The notes under the pieces are model-generated. The model had not been told where the DNA came from and did not search any database. It saw only the letters and a list, made by a program, of their open reading frames with translations. The translations under genes were made by a program, and so were the position numbers. 64,000 nt of DNA. Source: Macrostomum lignano. Taxonomy: Eukaryota. This document shows positions 49,581-62,189 of the stretch, one piece after another. Each line of letters begins with the position of its first letter. Positions within the stretch are counted from its first letter, which is position 1. The DNA lies in NCBI GenBank assembly GCA_002269645.1, contig NIVC01001783.1, positions 173,853-237,852 of the forward strand, written 5' to 3'.

Positions 49581-51363
49581 TCTACATGCAAAGCTATTAG
49601 AAATCAAGATTTAGACCAAGATGAAATTTGAAATGAGAAAAGTCTGAAGTTGAAAACTTTTGAGATAAGATAAGATTAAAAAAATTTGAAAAATATATCT
49701 CTTTACAACAAATATGCCATAGGATCAGCAGATCCTTTGAGTCTGCTGCCAAATCTCTTTGTTGCAAGATTGAAATAATAGCAAAAAAGTGTATTAGTAC
49801 AAGTTTATATGTCAGCATTTATAAAAATTTTTGCATTTATTACAATGATATAAAACTGCTCAACTAACCTAACCTATCACAGAATTTATCTATTTCAAAA
49901 TTGTCTTGCTGAAATATTCAAACAAAAAGCTCAGGTTCAACAATAGAAAATACTTGCCTTTTAACATATTTTCTTAATCAAAAAATTCATTTTTAATGGT
50001 CCAAAAATGTCTTGATTTCTCAAAACTCATCTCAAAATTTTCTACAAAAGTCAAGATTTCTCAAGACAAGAAAAAATTTCAAGATCTTTTCTTGAATCTC
50101 GTCTCATCAAGATCTCGCAACACCTTTTTTATATGTATTGCTTCCATTTAAATGATTGTGTACCAAAGCTGAGACTCTAAGAGGATGTGAAGGACATAGT
50201 CACATACATACATGCACAACAGTCAGGCAAGTCAGTTAGCCAACCAATTTGGTGGCCAACTGAGATAAGTCACAAAAATGCCCACCCAAATAAATACCCA
50301 AGTAGTACTAAGTAGATAATGAGGCATTTTGCCTTAATGAGACAGTCAAAGTTATTCTTGCCATTTACCCAAAGTTGTAATAATTTTGCTCTAGGGTTTC
50401 TTTTATATGAAAGTCACATTTTGGCCAAAAACTACATCACATTTTTTGCTAAAACTAAGTCACATGGCCGACAGAATTTTGGAGGTTGCGCATATATTGT
50501 CACATATACTTATTTGTTCAACTTGGACTTGTTAGCAATTGAAATGTATTGAATTAATGTGCACTCCAAATTAAATTAACACTTTATTCCCTGCATGCTA
50601 TCCCCCCTCAGCTTTGGTTTATAATCATTTAAATAGAAGCAATACATGTAAATGATTGTGAACCAAAGCTAGCATGTATTAAGATAGTGATTGATTTCAG
50701 ATGATGCTTGTTATATACACATTTGCAAGTTGGTTCACAATCATTTCTTCCATTCAAATGATCATAAACCAATGTGGATATATATGATCTTCTTCGTGGA
50801 TTTGTTTTTGGAAATTGAATTCATGTAATACAACCCCCTTATACACATGCTAGCTTTGGTTCATAATCATTTACATGTATTTCTTTCTGTTCAAATGATT
50901 GTAAACCAAAGTGGATATATACTCATAGGATTGTCTTCATGGATTTGTTTTTGGATTTTTGGTATTATGAAATCAATCACTAAAACCCCTTTACCTTTGG
51001 TTTTTTATTTGCAACATGAAGTGATAGTGCTATGGTGGATAAATAAAAAGGATTAGAGTGCTTGTCAATTGTTCATTTGCATTTTGATGAAAAAGCAACA
51101 CTTTTGTCTCTTCCCTATCTCTCTAATGAGGAGCATCACTAATTTCAATGATTGCAAACCAAAGGAATTCCATAATTATCATTATTATTAATATTATTAT
51201 AGTATTATATATTATATTGATTTATATTTATATAATGTGAGAGGAGAGAAGAACTCTACCATTTTAGCTATATCCTCTTTGATGGGAAATTTTAGGCCTT
51301 GGCAAAGAGAACTTAATATTGTAATAGATCAAGTGTTGAAACTATTGCCAAACTATTGCCAAT

Positions 51364-51770
51364 TAGAGGTCAGACGAGCAGAAAATTTTGGTCGGGCGTG
51401 AAATTTCGTGAAATTTTCAAAGTCGGGCGTGATCGTGATCGTGATTGTGAATTTATATTTGTATACACGTATTTTGAGCCCATAAGTTTCAAGTGTTGAA
51501 AATAACAAAACAAGAAAAGAAATATTTATAAATTGATAATAGCTACTCGGTAATGCTGTCAAGTCAACAAATTTAAAATTTATTACTCTTTTACACATTT
51601 GTGTTAACATATTTTGGTAAACCAAGTAGAAAAGTTATACTTCTAATAAAAATGTAATAAAGCAAAATTCACGACTGTCGTGAACGGGTTTCAAGGAAAT
51701 AACGATCATTAAAAAAATGTTTGTGAATTCACGAAATCGTGATCACGATCGTGATCACGTCCAACCCCTA
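51364..51770. mobile_element. hAT-type MITE
   Basis: TIR tagaggtcagacg / cgtccaaccccta; 8-bp TSD ttgccaat (51356-51363, 51771-51778); subterminal cgtgat repeats at both ends. Confidence 0.88.
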
Positions 51771-53585
51771 TTGCCAATATTGGGCTCTTGCAAGATTTTA
51801 TAATTTTAATTTTAGTCCTAACTGTTTATAAATGATAAAAGAAGTTGTTAATCAATTTTCTTTCTTTTAAATAAAGTATAAATTTTTGCTTTTTGAGCCA
51901 CTTTAGCTACTTAGATTTTTACACACAGAATGTAACAGTATATTTGATATAATATTAGTTTAGGGTCCTTTAAAAATCTTTTTTTAAATACTTCTTGCTA
52001 GACAAAGTTACGTATAATACAAGAAAAGTTTGTTAAGTCTCAAAAACAGTTTGTAAATATATGATTACTTACTAACTAGCACAACTGCCCTTTGTTTGGA
52101 GGGGGCAATCCCAATTCTATTTAATATTCTTAATTCTTAATATTCTATTTAATATTTAAAATTCTTTTTGGTCAAATATGTTTCATTCTATTTTGGTCAA
52201 AATTGAATAATATTTTAAGCTTTAACCTTATAATAGCAACAATATTAGATAAAAAAGAAAAAAATACTCTTATTGTAAGTTAGCATTGTAGTAAATTTTT
52301 TTCTAGAGTAAGAAATCTTATTAATATTATCTACTTTGATAATAATAATTCAATATCAAAATGGTATTATCTGTAAACAAATCTAAAAAGAACCTAAATT
52401 TAGAATATAAATGCTACAAACCCCTATTAGAATAAGTAAAATTTTCATAGATAGTCATTTGGCACACTTCAAAAAGTATTTGAGCTAGGCCTATCAGATT
52501 TGTTGAAGACTAGACTAAGTTTAAATTCTAAAGATAATATGATAAAAGCCAAAAATCTTTCATTAGCTATAACATAAACTAATTTTAGATTTTTAAAAAA
52601 TTAAAGCTAATTTAGTCTACCTTAATATTGTGACAAGTCGTAGAAACACCTTATAGTTTATAATTAAGAAAATGGCCATTGTTATAACAAATTCTAGTGT
52701 ATACAAGGGAATTCTAATACATTTGGCATATAATCATGGCACATGCTAAGGTCTTTAATGTATATAGTGCACAACTTTTTAGCAGCTATTGTAAAACATT
52801 TGTTAAATGATTTTGAATTTTTTATTGTTTAATTAATTAATTTTTGTGTATATTTTACATAGTTGTTTATAAAGGGATAGAGAAGTGGAACTCCTATTGT
52901 GCCAGAATTCCATTCATTGAAATGCATCTTCTTCATCAGCGTTGCAAGATCTTTTTAGCAATATGTCTCTCCTTTCAAAGTTTAAAACTCAAGGAACAAT
53001 TATTAGCATTTGAAACTTCTCAATTTAAAGCATTGAAGTATTGAGTAAGTTCATTGCCTGCTATGTTAATTTCACTATCTAGCTAATACACAGGGCTGCT
53101 ATTGATAATAAAACCAATTGAATCTTGATATAGTAGCACCCAGTTAAATGATCACATGGTTTGTCAGCCCTTCTATTGCCAAGACATCAATGTAGCTGAT
53201 CTTCCTACCACCCCACAAAATGCACACAGTTCAATTTAATAGTGCAAATGGCCACCCAACTTCTCTCTAGCAAACAAGCATTAAAATTTATTTGTACCCT
53301 TTATAGGGAGAGGAGTTATTTGCATTGAATGTATCCACCCTCCAATACATAGTGACAGTTATAAATTAATTGCCATCTTCCTTCTACCCTTTTTAAAAAC
53401 ATGCCACCACCCCTCCATTGGAGAGACAAAGTGGCCAAAGAAGGTTGAAAAATTTTTTTTTGCTTTTTTTAAAAAGACTAATGCTTGTAGTTTTTAAATT
53501 TCCAACATTAAAATAGCTTTTAGTTCTGTAGGAAAATTCTATTGATAATATATAGTCATAAATTTGTATTGGTAGCTATTTAGGA

Positions 53586-53587
<2 letters not shown>

Positions 53588-53632
<45 letters not shown>
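53588..53632. repeat. (TA)n microsatellite
   Basis: Direct. Confidence 0.95.
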
Positions 53633-53633
<1 letters not shown>

Positions 53634-55363
53634 CCTAGCTAGCTAGTCTGCTTTGCTCTAGATATAAGATAACATACATATTAATATATAATTAGTAAAT
53701 ATAATAAATTGTCTTCCAAAAATTTATTTTGGCATACTATATTACCTTGACTATGGCTTTTATCTCTAGTTTCACTTTAAAATGCTTACAAAATTATCTA
53801 GGCTCTAAATATAATGGCAAATATAGTCAACCTCCTATTCTTTTTTGTAGTTTTTATGCTAGTTATTTTAACTATTGCTAATGGAATGATGATATTAGAA
53901 AATAATAGCATGATAGTTATTACTAAGTTGATTTGTCATTCCAATGCTCATAGCTCATGGGATCTTCTGTTGACAAATACTTGGAGACCTTTGACTTGAC
54001 AAAACACAGTAGCTATTGATGGTTAACACTACCTTATTGTGCTTGCTACTTTCTATAATTATTTCAAAAGGGAGCATTAGCTTCTTATCTATACACAGTA
54101 TTGATTGTGGCTCATTTAGCAAAATTAGGATATTGTTATTGGCACTACTACTAGTATGGGGATTCACTTCTATTGGCTGATATATTTGTTATTCTGTGAT
54201 TGGCTAGCAAAGGAGATAGAATAAAGGCAACAAGAGGCTTGGAAGTTATTGTCATCATAGTAAGCAAAATGGCAAAGACAGCATTACCTTTTGTGCAAAT
54301 CATAGAATGGTAGAATATAAGTGTAAATATGTCATAACTGTGTCTTCATATCACTGGTATACCATAACCATTTTCAATTTTAGATGATAATATATGTAAT
54401 CAATTTTCTCATTTTAAAAAATTAATAAATGACTTACAAACTTTTATAGGAATTGAAACAAATTTAGAAGAACATCAATTTCTCAATATAAAAATTTATA
54501 ATATTTAATTACAATTTTTTGAAGAATCTTTGCCAAACAAGTATCAATGTTTCTTAGTTGTTCAACTAAATAAGAAAAAGCAAAGAAAGAAAAGAAGAAA
54601 AAAGTGGTTTGAAAAAAGATAAAAAGGCAAAACAAAGTAACAAAGCAAAAGAATAACAAACAAATAAAGTTGCATAATAAGCTAACTTATTTGCATTTGC
54701 AGTCAAAAGTACAAAATTATTATGAATTATGGCTAGATATGCTGGACAGCATCTACTAAACCCCTATCAGTTGCAATAATGGCATCTGTGTCTTTTATAA
54801 GCATCTGAATTGCAATGAAATTGAAAACCAAGGATGCCAGCTGACATCAGTCGATGAATTCAAAATCAAATAGATTGCCAACATCTCTACCTGAGGTTTT
54901 TTGTGGTATACAGGCGCCATGGCATCCTGGATTTGGACCCCCAATGCCAAATTGACACCCGGTTTTTTTCTGAGATTGTTGCCAACTTATCTAAACTTGT
55001 TATAAGCAAATTCAATTATCCGATGGTTGATCTAAAATTGGATAGAATTCAGTAGAATAACAATTTAGTGCATTGGGAATTTGGGACTTGGGTCAGAGGC
55101 TCAGTCAGAGCAGTGTGGGGGCGCAGGTTAAAGATATTGGAATTTTCTTAATTTTGAACTTTTTTATTGATGTCACCTGGCATCTTGGTATTTAGTTTGG
55201 CATCGGGGTCGCGATATAAAATGACGTGACATTGAGTATGGGATGTAGATGCCAATGCCAGCCATTGCCAATGTGAAAGCTGACAGCTACAGGCACATAT
55301 TTAACATATTATTCACATTTATTCACTTACACTGAAAGCCTGTTCCTGCAAATATAATCCTAG

Positions 55364-55720
55364 ATGAAAAGCCTACTGGATCACCGGCCACCAGTGTCGC
55401 GGCAAAAAATGTCCATGATCACTAAATCGGCTATACGGGGCATCAAATTCTACAAGCACATTGTGCAAAGCGTTGAAAAGTTCATTCAAAAGTGCTCGCC
55501 AGACTACAAAGTTCCCGGCCTGTACGTCATGGACGCCATCATACGGCAGAGCCGGCATCAGTACGGCGCAGAGAGAGACGTGTTTGCGCCAAGATTTCTA
55601 AAGAATCTGCTGCCCACATTTCAACAGCTGTTTCGTTGCGACGAAAAAGACCGACCGCTGGTTGTTCGGGTATTGAATTTGTGGCTGAAAAATGAGACAT
55701 TTCCGCCGGAAGTTATTCAG
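55364..55720 (+). CDS. SCAF8: SCAF4/8 exon, CID domain
   Basis: tcctag acceptor directly before ATG, gtaatt donor. Confidence 0.93.
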
Positions 55721-58700
55721 GTAATTAATTGGGACAATTCTAGGTGGGATTTATTTTGGGTTAATCTATGGAATTCCAGGGTCCTTTGAAATGTTTGGCC
55801 TTTTTCAGGGTCCTTTAAAACTGAGGGCTGTTCCATGGTCCTCTGAAACTGAGGGCTGTTCCATGGTCCTCTGAAACTGAGGGCTGTTCCATGGGCCTCT
55901 GAAACTGAGGGCTGTTCCATGGGCCTCTGAAACTGAGGGCTGTTCCATGGGCCTCTGAAACTGAGGGCTATTCCATGGGCTTCTGAAACTGAGGGCTGTT
56001 CCATGGGCTTCTGAAACTGAGGGCTGTTCCATGGTCCTCTGAAACTGAGGGCTGTTCCATGGGCCTCTGAAACTGAGGGCTGTTCCATGGTCCTCTGAAA
56101 CTGAGGGCTGTTCCATGGGCTTCTGAAACTGAGGGCTATTCCATGGGCTTCTGAAACTGAGGGCTGTTCCATGGGCTTCTGAAACTGAGGGCTGTTCCAT
56201 GGGCCTCTGAAACTGAGGGCTATTCCATGGGCTTCTGAAACTGAGGGCTGTTCCATGGGCTTCTGAAACTGAGGGCTGTTCCATGGGCTTCTGAAACTGA
56301 GGGCTGTTCCATGGGCCTCTGAAACTGAGGGCTATTCTGAAACTGAGGGCTGTTCCATGGGCCTCTGAAACTGAGGGCTGTTCCATGGGCTTCTGAAACT
56401 GAGGGCTGTTCCATGGGCTTCTGAAACTGAGGGCTGTTCCATGGGCCTCTGAAACTGAGGGCTGTTCCATGGGCCTCTGAAACTGAGGGCTATTCCATGG
56501 GCTTCTGAAACTGAGGGCTGTTCCATGGGCCTCTGAAACTGAGGGCTATTCCATGGGCTTCTGAAACTGAGGGCTGTTCCATGGGCTTCTGAAACTGAGG
56601 GCTGTTCCATGGGCTTCTGAAACTGAGGGCTGTTCCATGGGCTTCTGAAACTGAGGGCTGTTCCATGGGCTTCTGAAACTGAGGGCTGTTCCATGGGCCT
56701 CTGAAACTGAGGGCTGTTCCATGGTCATCTATGTGACCCATTCTAATTTTTATGCGCAGTACAGATGCTAATCTAACCGGTCCAATTGTTTACACTTGCC
56801 GTTTAGTCGCTGCTCAGTCTGGCTGACAATCCCGAGGACGCCAACCTGCTGGCTCTGGCTCAGGCCCAGGTGTCTGTGGCCATCAACAACCAGGCCACTG
56901 CCAGCTCAAGCGGCGGCAACTCAGCTCGTCGATTGAAGCGACCGCATCATCACCACGGTCATCATCACGGGCACAGGCAGCGTCAGCATAGTAGCCAAGA
57001 TTTCGTTGACAACAACGACAATCCGATTGGCGCTGGCGTTGCTATGGAAACCATGCCTGTCGGCGACGGCGAATTCGACTACGTTGGCGACAATAGCAAC
57101 GAGCCCTCTGCTGCTGAACAGGCCTCGATTGCAATGCCACAGGGTGGTATTATCAGCTCTGTAGCCGAACTGTTACAGAAATTTCAGGACAGCGATGATG
57201 TTCGCGACCAGATCAATCAGCTGCAGGTGAATGTCCTGATCCAAAGTTTTCATCCAAGTCTTTGTAGCTAGCTATTTGCAGTTTGTTTTATCTCTATTAC
57301 TTTCCTTTCAAATACTGCATCTAGAGCTCCATATCTATAGAGCTGCATCTAGAGTTCCATATCTATAGAGCCGCATCTAGAGCTCCATATCTATAGAGCT
57401 GCATCTAGAGCTCCATATCTATTGATAGCCGCATCTAGAGCTCCATATCTATAGAGCCGCATCTAGAGCTCCATATCTATTGATAGCCGCATCTAGAGCT
57501 CCATATCTATAGAGCCGCATCTAGAGCTCCATATCTATTGATAGCCGCATCTAGAGCTCCATATCTATAGAGCTGCATCTAGAGCTCCATATCTATAGAG
57601 CTGCATCTAGAGCTCCATGTCTATAGAGCTTCATCTAGAGCTCCATATCTATAGAGCTGCATCTAGAGCTCCATATCTATAGAGCTGCATCTAGAGCTCC
57701 ATATCTATAGAGCTGCATCTAGAGCTCCATATCTATAGAGCTGCATCTAGAGCTCCATATCTATAGAGCTGCATCTAGAGCTCCATATCTATAGAGCTGC
57801 ATCTAGAGCTCCATATCTATAGAGCTGCATCTAGAGCTCCATATCTATAGAGCTGCATCTAGAGCTCCATATCCACAGAGTGAGGCTAAACGTCTATTTT
57901 TAAAAATTCCTATCGCAGAGTCTGCAGGAAAAGATTCTTCAGCAGAGCAGCATGCTCAGCCAGCAGCAGATGATCGACCCGGAGATCCTGGCCCAGCTGC
58001 AGGTCTTGCTGAAGGAGCTAACCAAGACCGCTCGGGCTGCCTTTGAACGCGACCAGGAGGCCCAACGAGCCAAGGATGTGGTAGCTTACGACTACGGAGA
58101 CGAGTCGGACTCGGACGACAACGCGGGCAGCAACGGACTGCAGAGGCAGCAGAGGTCCAAATTGAATGCCGCTTATCCAGCAACCAGCGGCGGTGTTGAT
58201 CAGAACTTTCTTGACCAGCTGCAACAGATGACGGATATGCTGGAGCAGACTCGAGTGCTGCAAGAGCAGCTGCAGTCGGCTATGATGCAGCAGCAGCTGG
58301 AAGAAGCTGAGCAGCAGCAGCAGCAGCAACACGAGGAGCAGTTCTACCAGCAGCAGCAGACAGCTCGGCAGCGGCTGTCCTACGAAGAAGGCGAAATTGA
58401 CGAAGAGGCGTTAGCCAAAGCAGCTGTGCCTGCTGCTTCCTCTATTAATAAGCTTAGCAACTATAATGACTACGGTATTGATAACAGTGCGCCCGAGGGC
58501 AGCGCGGCAGTAGAAGAGACCGGAGCCGATCGCAGTCGTCACGGGCACAGTCACGGACACAGTCATCACAGCACTCGCCATCCGGCGAGATCTCCAGCAA
58601 CAGCAACAACATCGTCTAGACGACGTCGCCGAAGTCACAGCGGCGGCGGTCGCGGCGAGAGCTCGGAGCGTCGCAGAAAAGAGCGCAAGCGTAAATCGTT

Positions 58701-60989
58701 GCCCCGGTTACGCAATGGTCGCCTATCGATTGTTAGCGCCACCATTTTTATTGGCAAATTGCAGAAATCCACCACGGAGGCTCGGCTCCGCTCTTTGCTA
58801 GAGGAATACGGACAAGTGCAAGCGCTTGTGCTCATCTCTTCCCGCGGCTGCGGATTTGTAGTCTATTCCAAGCGAAAGCACGCGGCCAAGGCTATTGATA
58901 AGCTGCGAAGCACTCGTCTGGACGGCGCCAGCCTGCGAGTCGCTTGGGCGCCAAATAAAGGCATTAAAGACTCCGAATTGAAAGAGTACTGGGACGAAGA
59001 GGAGGGCTGCACTTATATACCGTACGAAAAGTTTCCTAGGGACCAGTCTTGGCGCGAACTGCTGCAAGGTGAGTACAATTGATATTTTAGTTCGTAATAA
59101 AGGGATGTCATTAAGATCAGGAGCCGTCAAGATCGCCCAACAAAAAAAATTTGAATCCTAATTTTTAGCTCAATACTTTAACAGTGTTGTCTTGTCTTGT
59201 CTATGGGACTAAATTAGCATCAAAGTCTTGTCTATGGCAATAAATTAGCGTTAAAGTCTTGTCTATGGCAATAAATTAGCGGTAAAGTCTTGTCTATGGC
59301 GATAAATTAGCGGTAAAGTCTTGTCTATGGCAATAAATTAGCGTTAAAGTCTTGTCTATGGCGATAAATTAGCGTAAAGTCTTGTCTATGGCACTAAATT
59401 AGCGTCTAAGTCTTGTCTATGGCGATAAATTAGCGTAAAGTCTTGTCTATGGAAATAAATTAGCGCTAAAGGCTTGTCTATGGCAATAAATTAGCGCTAA
59501 AGGCTTGTCTATGGCAATAAATTAGCGCTAAAGGCTTGTCTATGGCAATAAATTATCGCTAAAGGCTTGTCTATGGCAAAAAATTAGCGCTAAAGGCTTG
59601 TCTATGGCAATAAATTAGCGCTAAAGGCTTGTCTATGGCAATAAATTATCGCTAAAGGCTTGTCTATAGCAAAAAATTAGCGCTAAAGGCTTGTCTATGG
59701 CAATAAATTATCGCTAAAAGCTTGTCTATGGCAGTAAATTATCGCTAAAGGCTTGTCTATGGTACTAAATTAGTGCTAAAATCCTTGCTAAGTCACTGGT
59801 TTGGTGCTCAACGCAAGCTAGCGAGGAGGCAGCCTACTTATGTCAGTACCAACTTCAGTGTGCATCATTTTTGCTGATCCGTTAAGCATGAACACAAGAT
59901 GTACAGCAGAGCCTTGACTTTCTCATCAACGTGAAGCAGTGCACACACCCTTTTGCCTTGGGGGTTGGTCCTCGTAGTGTATCGAAGTTTTACTGATTCG
60001 CAAGATAAGAAAAGGCGGGTTGTAGCCTGGTGGTTAGAGCATCGGACTCAACTGAAAGGTCGGGGGTTCGATTCTTAAACTACTCGGAATAATTTGGGGG
60101 TGTAGCGACCCCTTCCCCCAGTCCTTGGACTGAACAGCCGTACGCAGCCTTCAGATGCGCCGCGCAATAGCTGCGGCTGAGCTGTCGGTTGCACATCTGG
60201 CCCAATTAGGGCAGGTGTAACCAGTTATTATATTTTATTATTATTTAAATAATATAATGTTAAATGAAAAGTCGCGGGCTGGACAGCCTACTTGTGTCAG
60301 TAGTAATTTAGGAGTGCAATTTATAGCACAATCTATCTATTCCAGGCGGCGCGTTCATCGATCAGGACAGCGTGCCGATTGAACTCATCGATCTGCTCCG
60401 CGATCCGGATCCGCCCGATGCCGCCGATCAGCCGCTGGCTCCGCCACCGCCACCGCCCCCTGCCGCCAACCGTGAGCGGCATTGCAGCGCCAGCTTTGAA
60501 CCTGCCGCCACCGCCGCCACTTCCACCGCAGCCGCCGCAACGTCCGCCGCTTCCAATGATGCCGCCGAATTTTCATGCGTTCATCCGCCGCCGCCGATGC
60601 CGCCAACTGTGTCTTCGACGTTGACGTCCTCGACGTCAGCGGCTGCTGATCCGGCACCGCCGCCGGCTATAGTTAGTCCCACTGCTGCTGTTGCTGCGTC
60701 GAAACAGCCGCCGCAGCGAACGACGCTTCTGCCGATGCCGCCGCCGCCGCCGTCGACACAGCCGCCGCAGCAGCCGCCGCAGCAGCCGCATCAACACGTT
60801 CGAACCCCGATTCCTCCGCCTCGTCCTAGGCCGCCTCAGGGATTCTTTCGAGGTGGCATCGGCGGTGGCGGCGGCGGCATTGGTAGCGGCATTCTACGAC
60901 CGCCGTTGATGCCGCCGCAGGCGCTGTTTCCTCCTCGCGGCGGCGGTATCGGCGCCTGGCGCGGCGGGATTCGACGTGGCGGATTGTGA
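55364..60989 (+). CDS. SCAF8: SR-related CTD-associated factor SCAF4/8-like (CID + RRM), 4 coding exons, ~856 aa
   Basis: Exons 55364-55720, 56807-57226, 57919-59068, 60346-60989 with GT-AG borders and consistent phases (2571 nt). CID (KFYKHIVQSVEKFIQKC..YKVPGLYVMDAIIRQSRHQ), RRM (TIFIGKL...RGCGFVVY...VAWAPNKGIK), Pro-rich/RGG tail. A short upstream exon may be missing. Confidence 0.92.
55818..56725. repeat. 28-bp minisatellite (tctgaaactgagggctgttccatgggcc)n
   Basis: SCAF intron 55721-56806. Confidence 0.98.
56807..57226 (+). CDS. SCAF8: SCAF4/8 exon (SLLSLADNPE...INQLQ)
   Basis: gtttag acceptor, gtgaat donor, phase 0/0. Confidence 0.88.
57318..57880. repeat. 28-bp palindrome-rich minisatellite (agagctgcatctagagctccatatctat)n
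   Basis: SCAF intron 57227-57918. Confidence 0.98.
57919..59068 (+). CDS. SCAF8: SCAF4/8 exon (Gln/His/RS-rich region plus RRM)
   Basis: atcgcag acceptor, gtgagt donor. Confidence 0.93.
59205..59785. repeat. 31-bp minisatellite (cttgtctatggcaataaattagcgctaaagg)n
   Basis: SCAF intron 59069-60345. Confidence 0.97.
60014..60203 (+). mobile_element. same SINE family, lacking the central domain
   Basis: tRNA head ggttgtagcctggtggttagagc...ggttcgattc joined almost directly to the shared tail. Confidence 0.82.
60346..60989 (+). CDS. SCAF8: SCAF4/8 last coding exon (GGAFIDQDSV..., Pro-rich, RGG)
   Basis: ttccag acceptor, phase 1 matches, TGA at 60987-60989. Confidence 0.9.
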
Positions 60990-61289
60990 ATTAAATTTGT
61001 GTGTTTTTTTCGGATGGCTGTTGGGCCTGGTCGGGGAAGAACAAATCAAGGTCAAACCCGATCGGCTGAAGAAAGCGGGAAAAGTTACTATTTTTTTAAA
61101 TACGTGTCTGTGTGAAAATAGCTAGATTGAGCGTATACAATATGATGCGGTTTATGACTTAATTAGTTATTGTGTTTTTGTGTCCCATTTTTCTTATCGC
61201 TATCACAATTAGTGCCGCATGGACTCGCCTGTACATGTGCATTGTTTATCTATTCTGTTGTCTGTTTAACTATTAAATATTTTATTTGG

Positions 61290-61752
61290 TCTGCGCCACT
61301 AATACTAGAAAAACTAAGATGTGCCAGTCAGCACATTTGCGTGTAAGCTACTTTCAGTTCAGTAGTATTTTAGTAGTAGTATTTTAATGTATTTTTAAAG
61401 CCAAGGCTCATTTATTGTCTCTTACCCCCCCCCCCGCCTAAACCCTCCAACCGCGCCTTCCACAATACTTCCCGCCCTGCCCAAATTTTATTGCCTTTCT
61501 CGGAATTCCAGCCTAAAGCGACCATGTACATTCAGTGGACTGGCTAATGAACATTATTGCTGAACCAATTAGCAAGCTGTTTACGCCTGCAAGCTTGGCT
61601 TCTAAACTTATCAAAGCCATTTCAGCTGCCTTTATTTTTATAAAATAGCTTATATATTCTTCTTTGCTACTGAACTGAAAGTAGAAAGCAGTTTTACTAA
61701 GTACGCGTATATATGCCTGAGCTCATCTAGTTAATTTTAGTATCTGTGGGCT
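61290..61752. mobile_element. MITE family copy 2
   Basis: Collinear with 8143-8580; same inner inverted repeat. Confidence 0.8.
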
Positions 61753-62189
61753 GCGCTAGCATTTGTTCCCAACTCATGTAGTGTAGCTCTACCAATAGTA
61801 CCTGTAATTTCCTCCTTGTAATTGCTGTACAGTAAGTCCCTTTCGCAGTTGGTAAAAACCAGCTAAACATCAGCAAATCGGCTCGGTTGGTTTGTTAGGT
61901 TTACCATCTCTGTGGCTTCTATAATACTAAAATAGTTGAAATTTTATTTTCAAATACAACCGGAAAGACAGTTTGTAACCCTGGCAGCCAAAATTTACCT
62001 AACTAATTAATGCTGTACTGGTAATTCTTATTGAATAATAAAATTTCAAAATGGCTAAATTATTAAATTTTATTATTTTTTGCGATTCGGTTAGCAACTA
62101 GATACTCTGGATTTAACTTATTAGTCAGATTGAAGGCTTTCAACTGAATTGGTTACATGCACTCTGCTCGTTTGCGGGTGCTAGGGGTA

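Noticed and set aside
48840-51000. Recurrent direct/inverted gattgtgaaccaaagctag segments as a structured ncRNA
   Set aside because: Scattered, diverged copies are better explained as a decayed foldback/MITE family; boundaries could not be defined
55717-56741. MEQPSVSEAHG repeat ORFs antisense to SCAF
   Set aside because: Translations of the 28-bp intronic array
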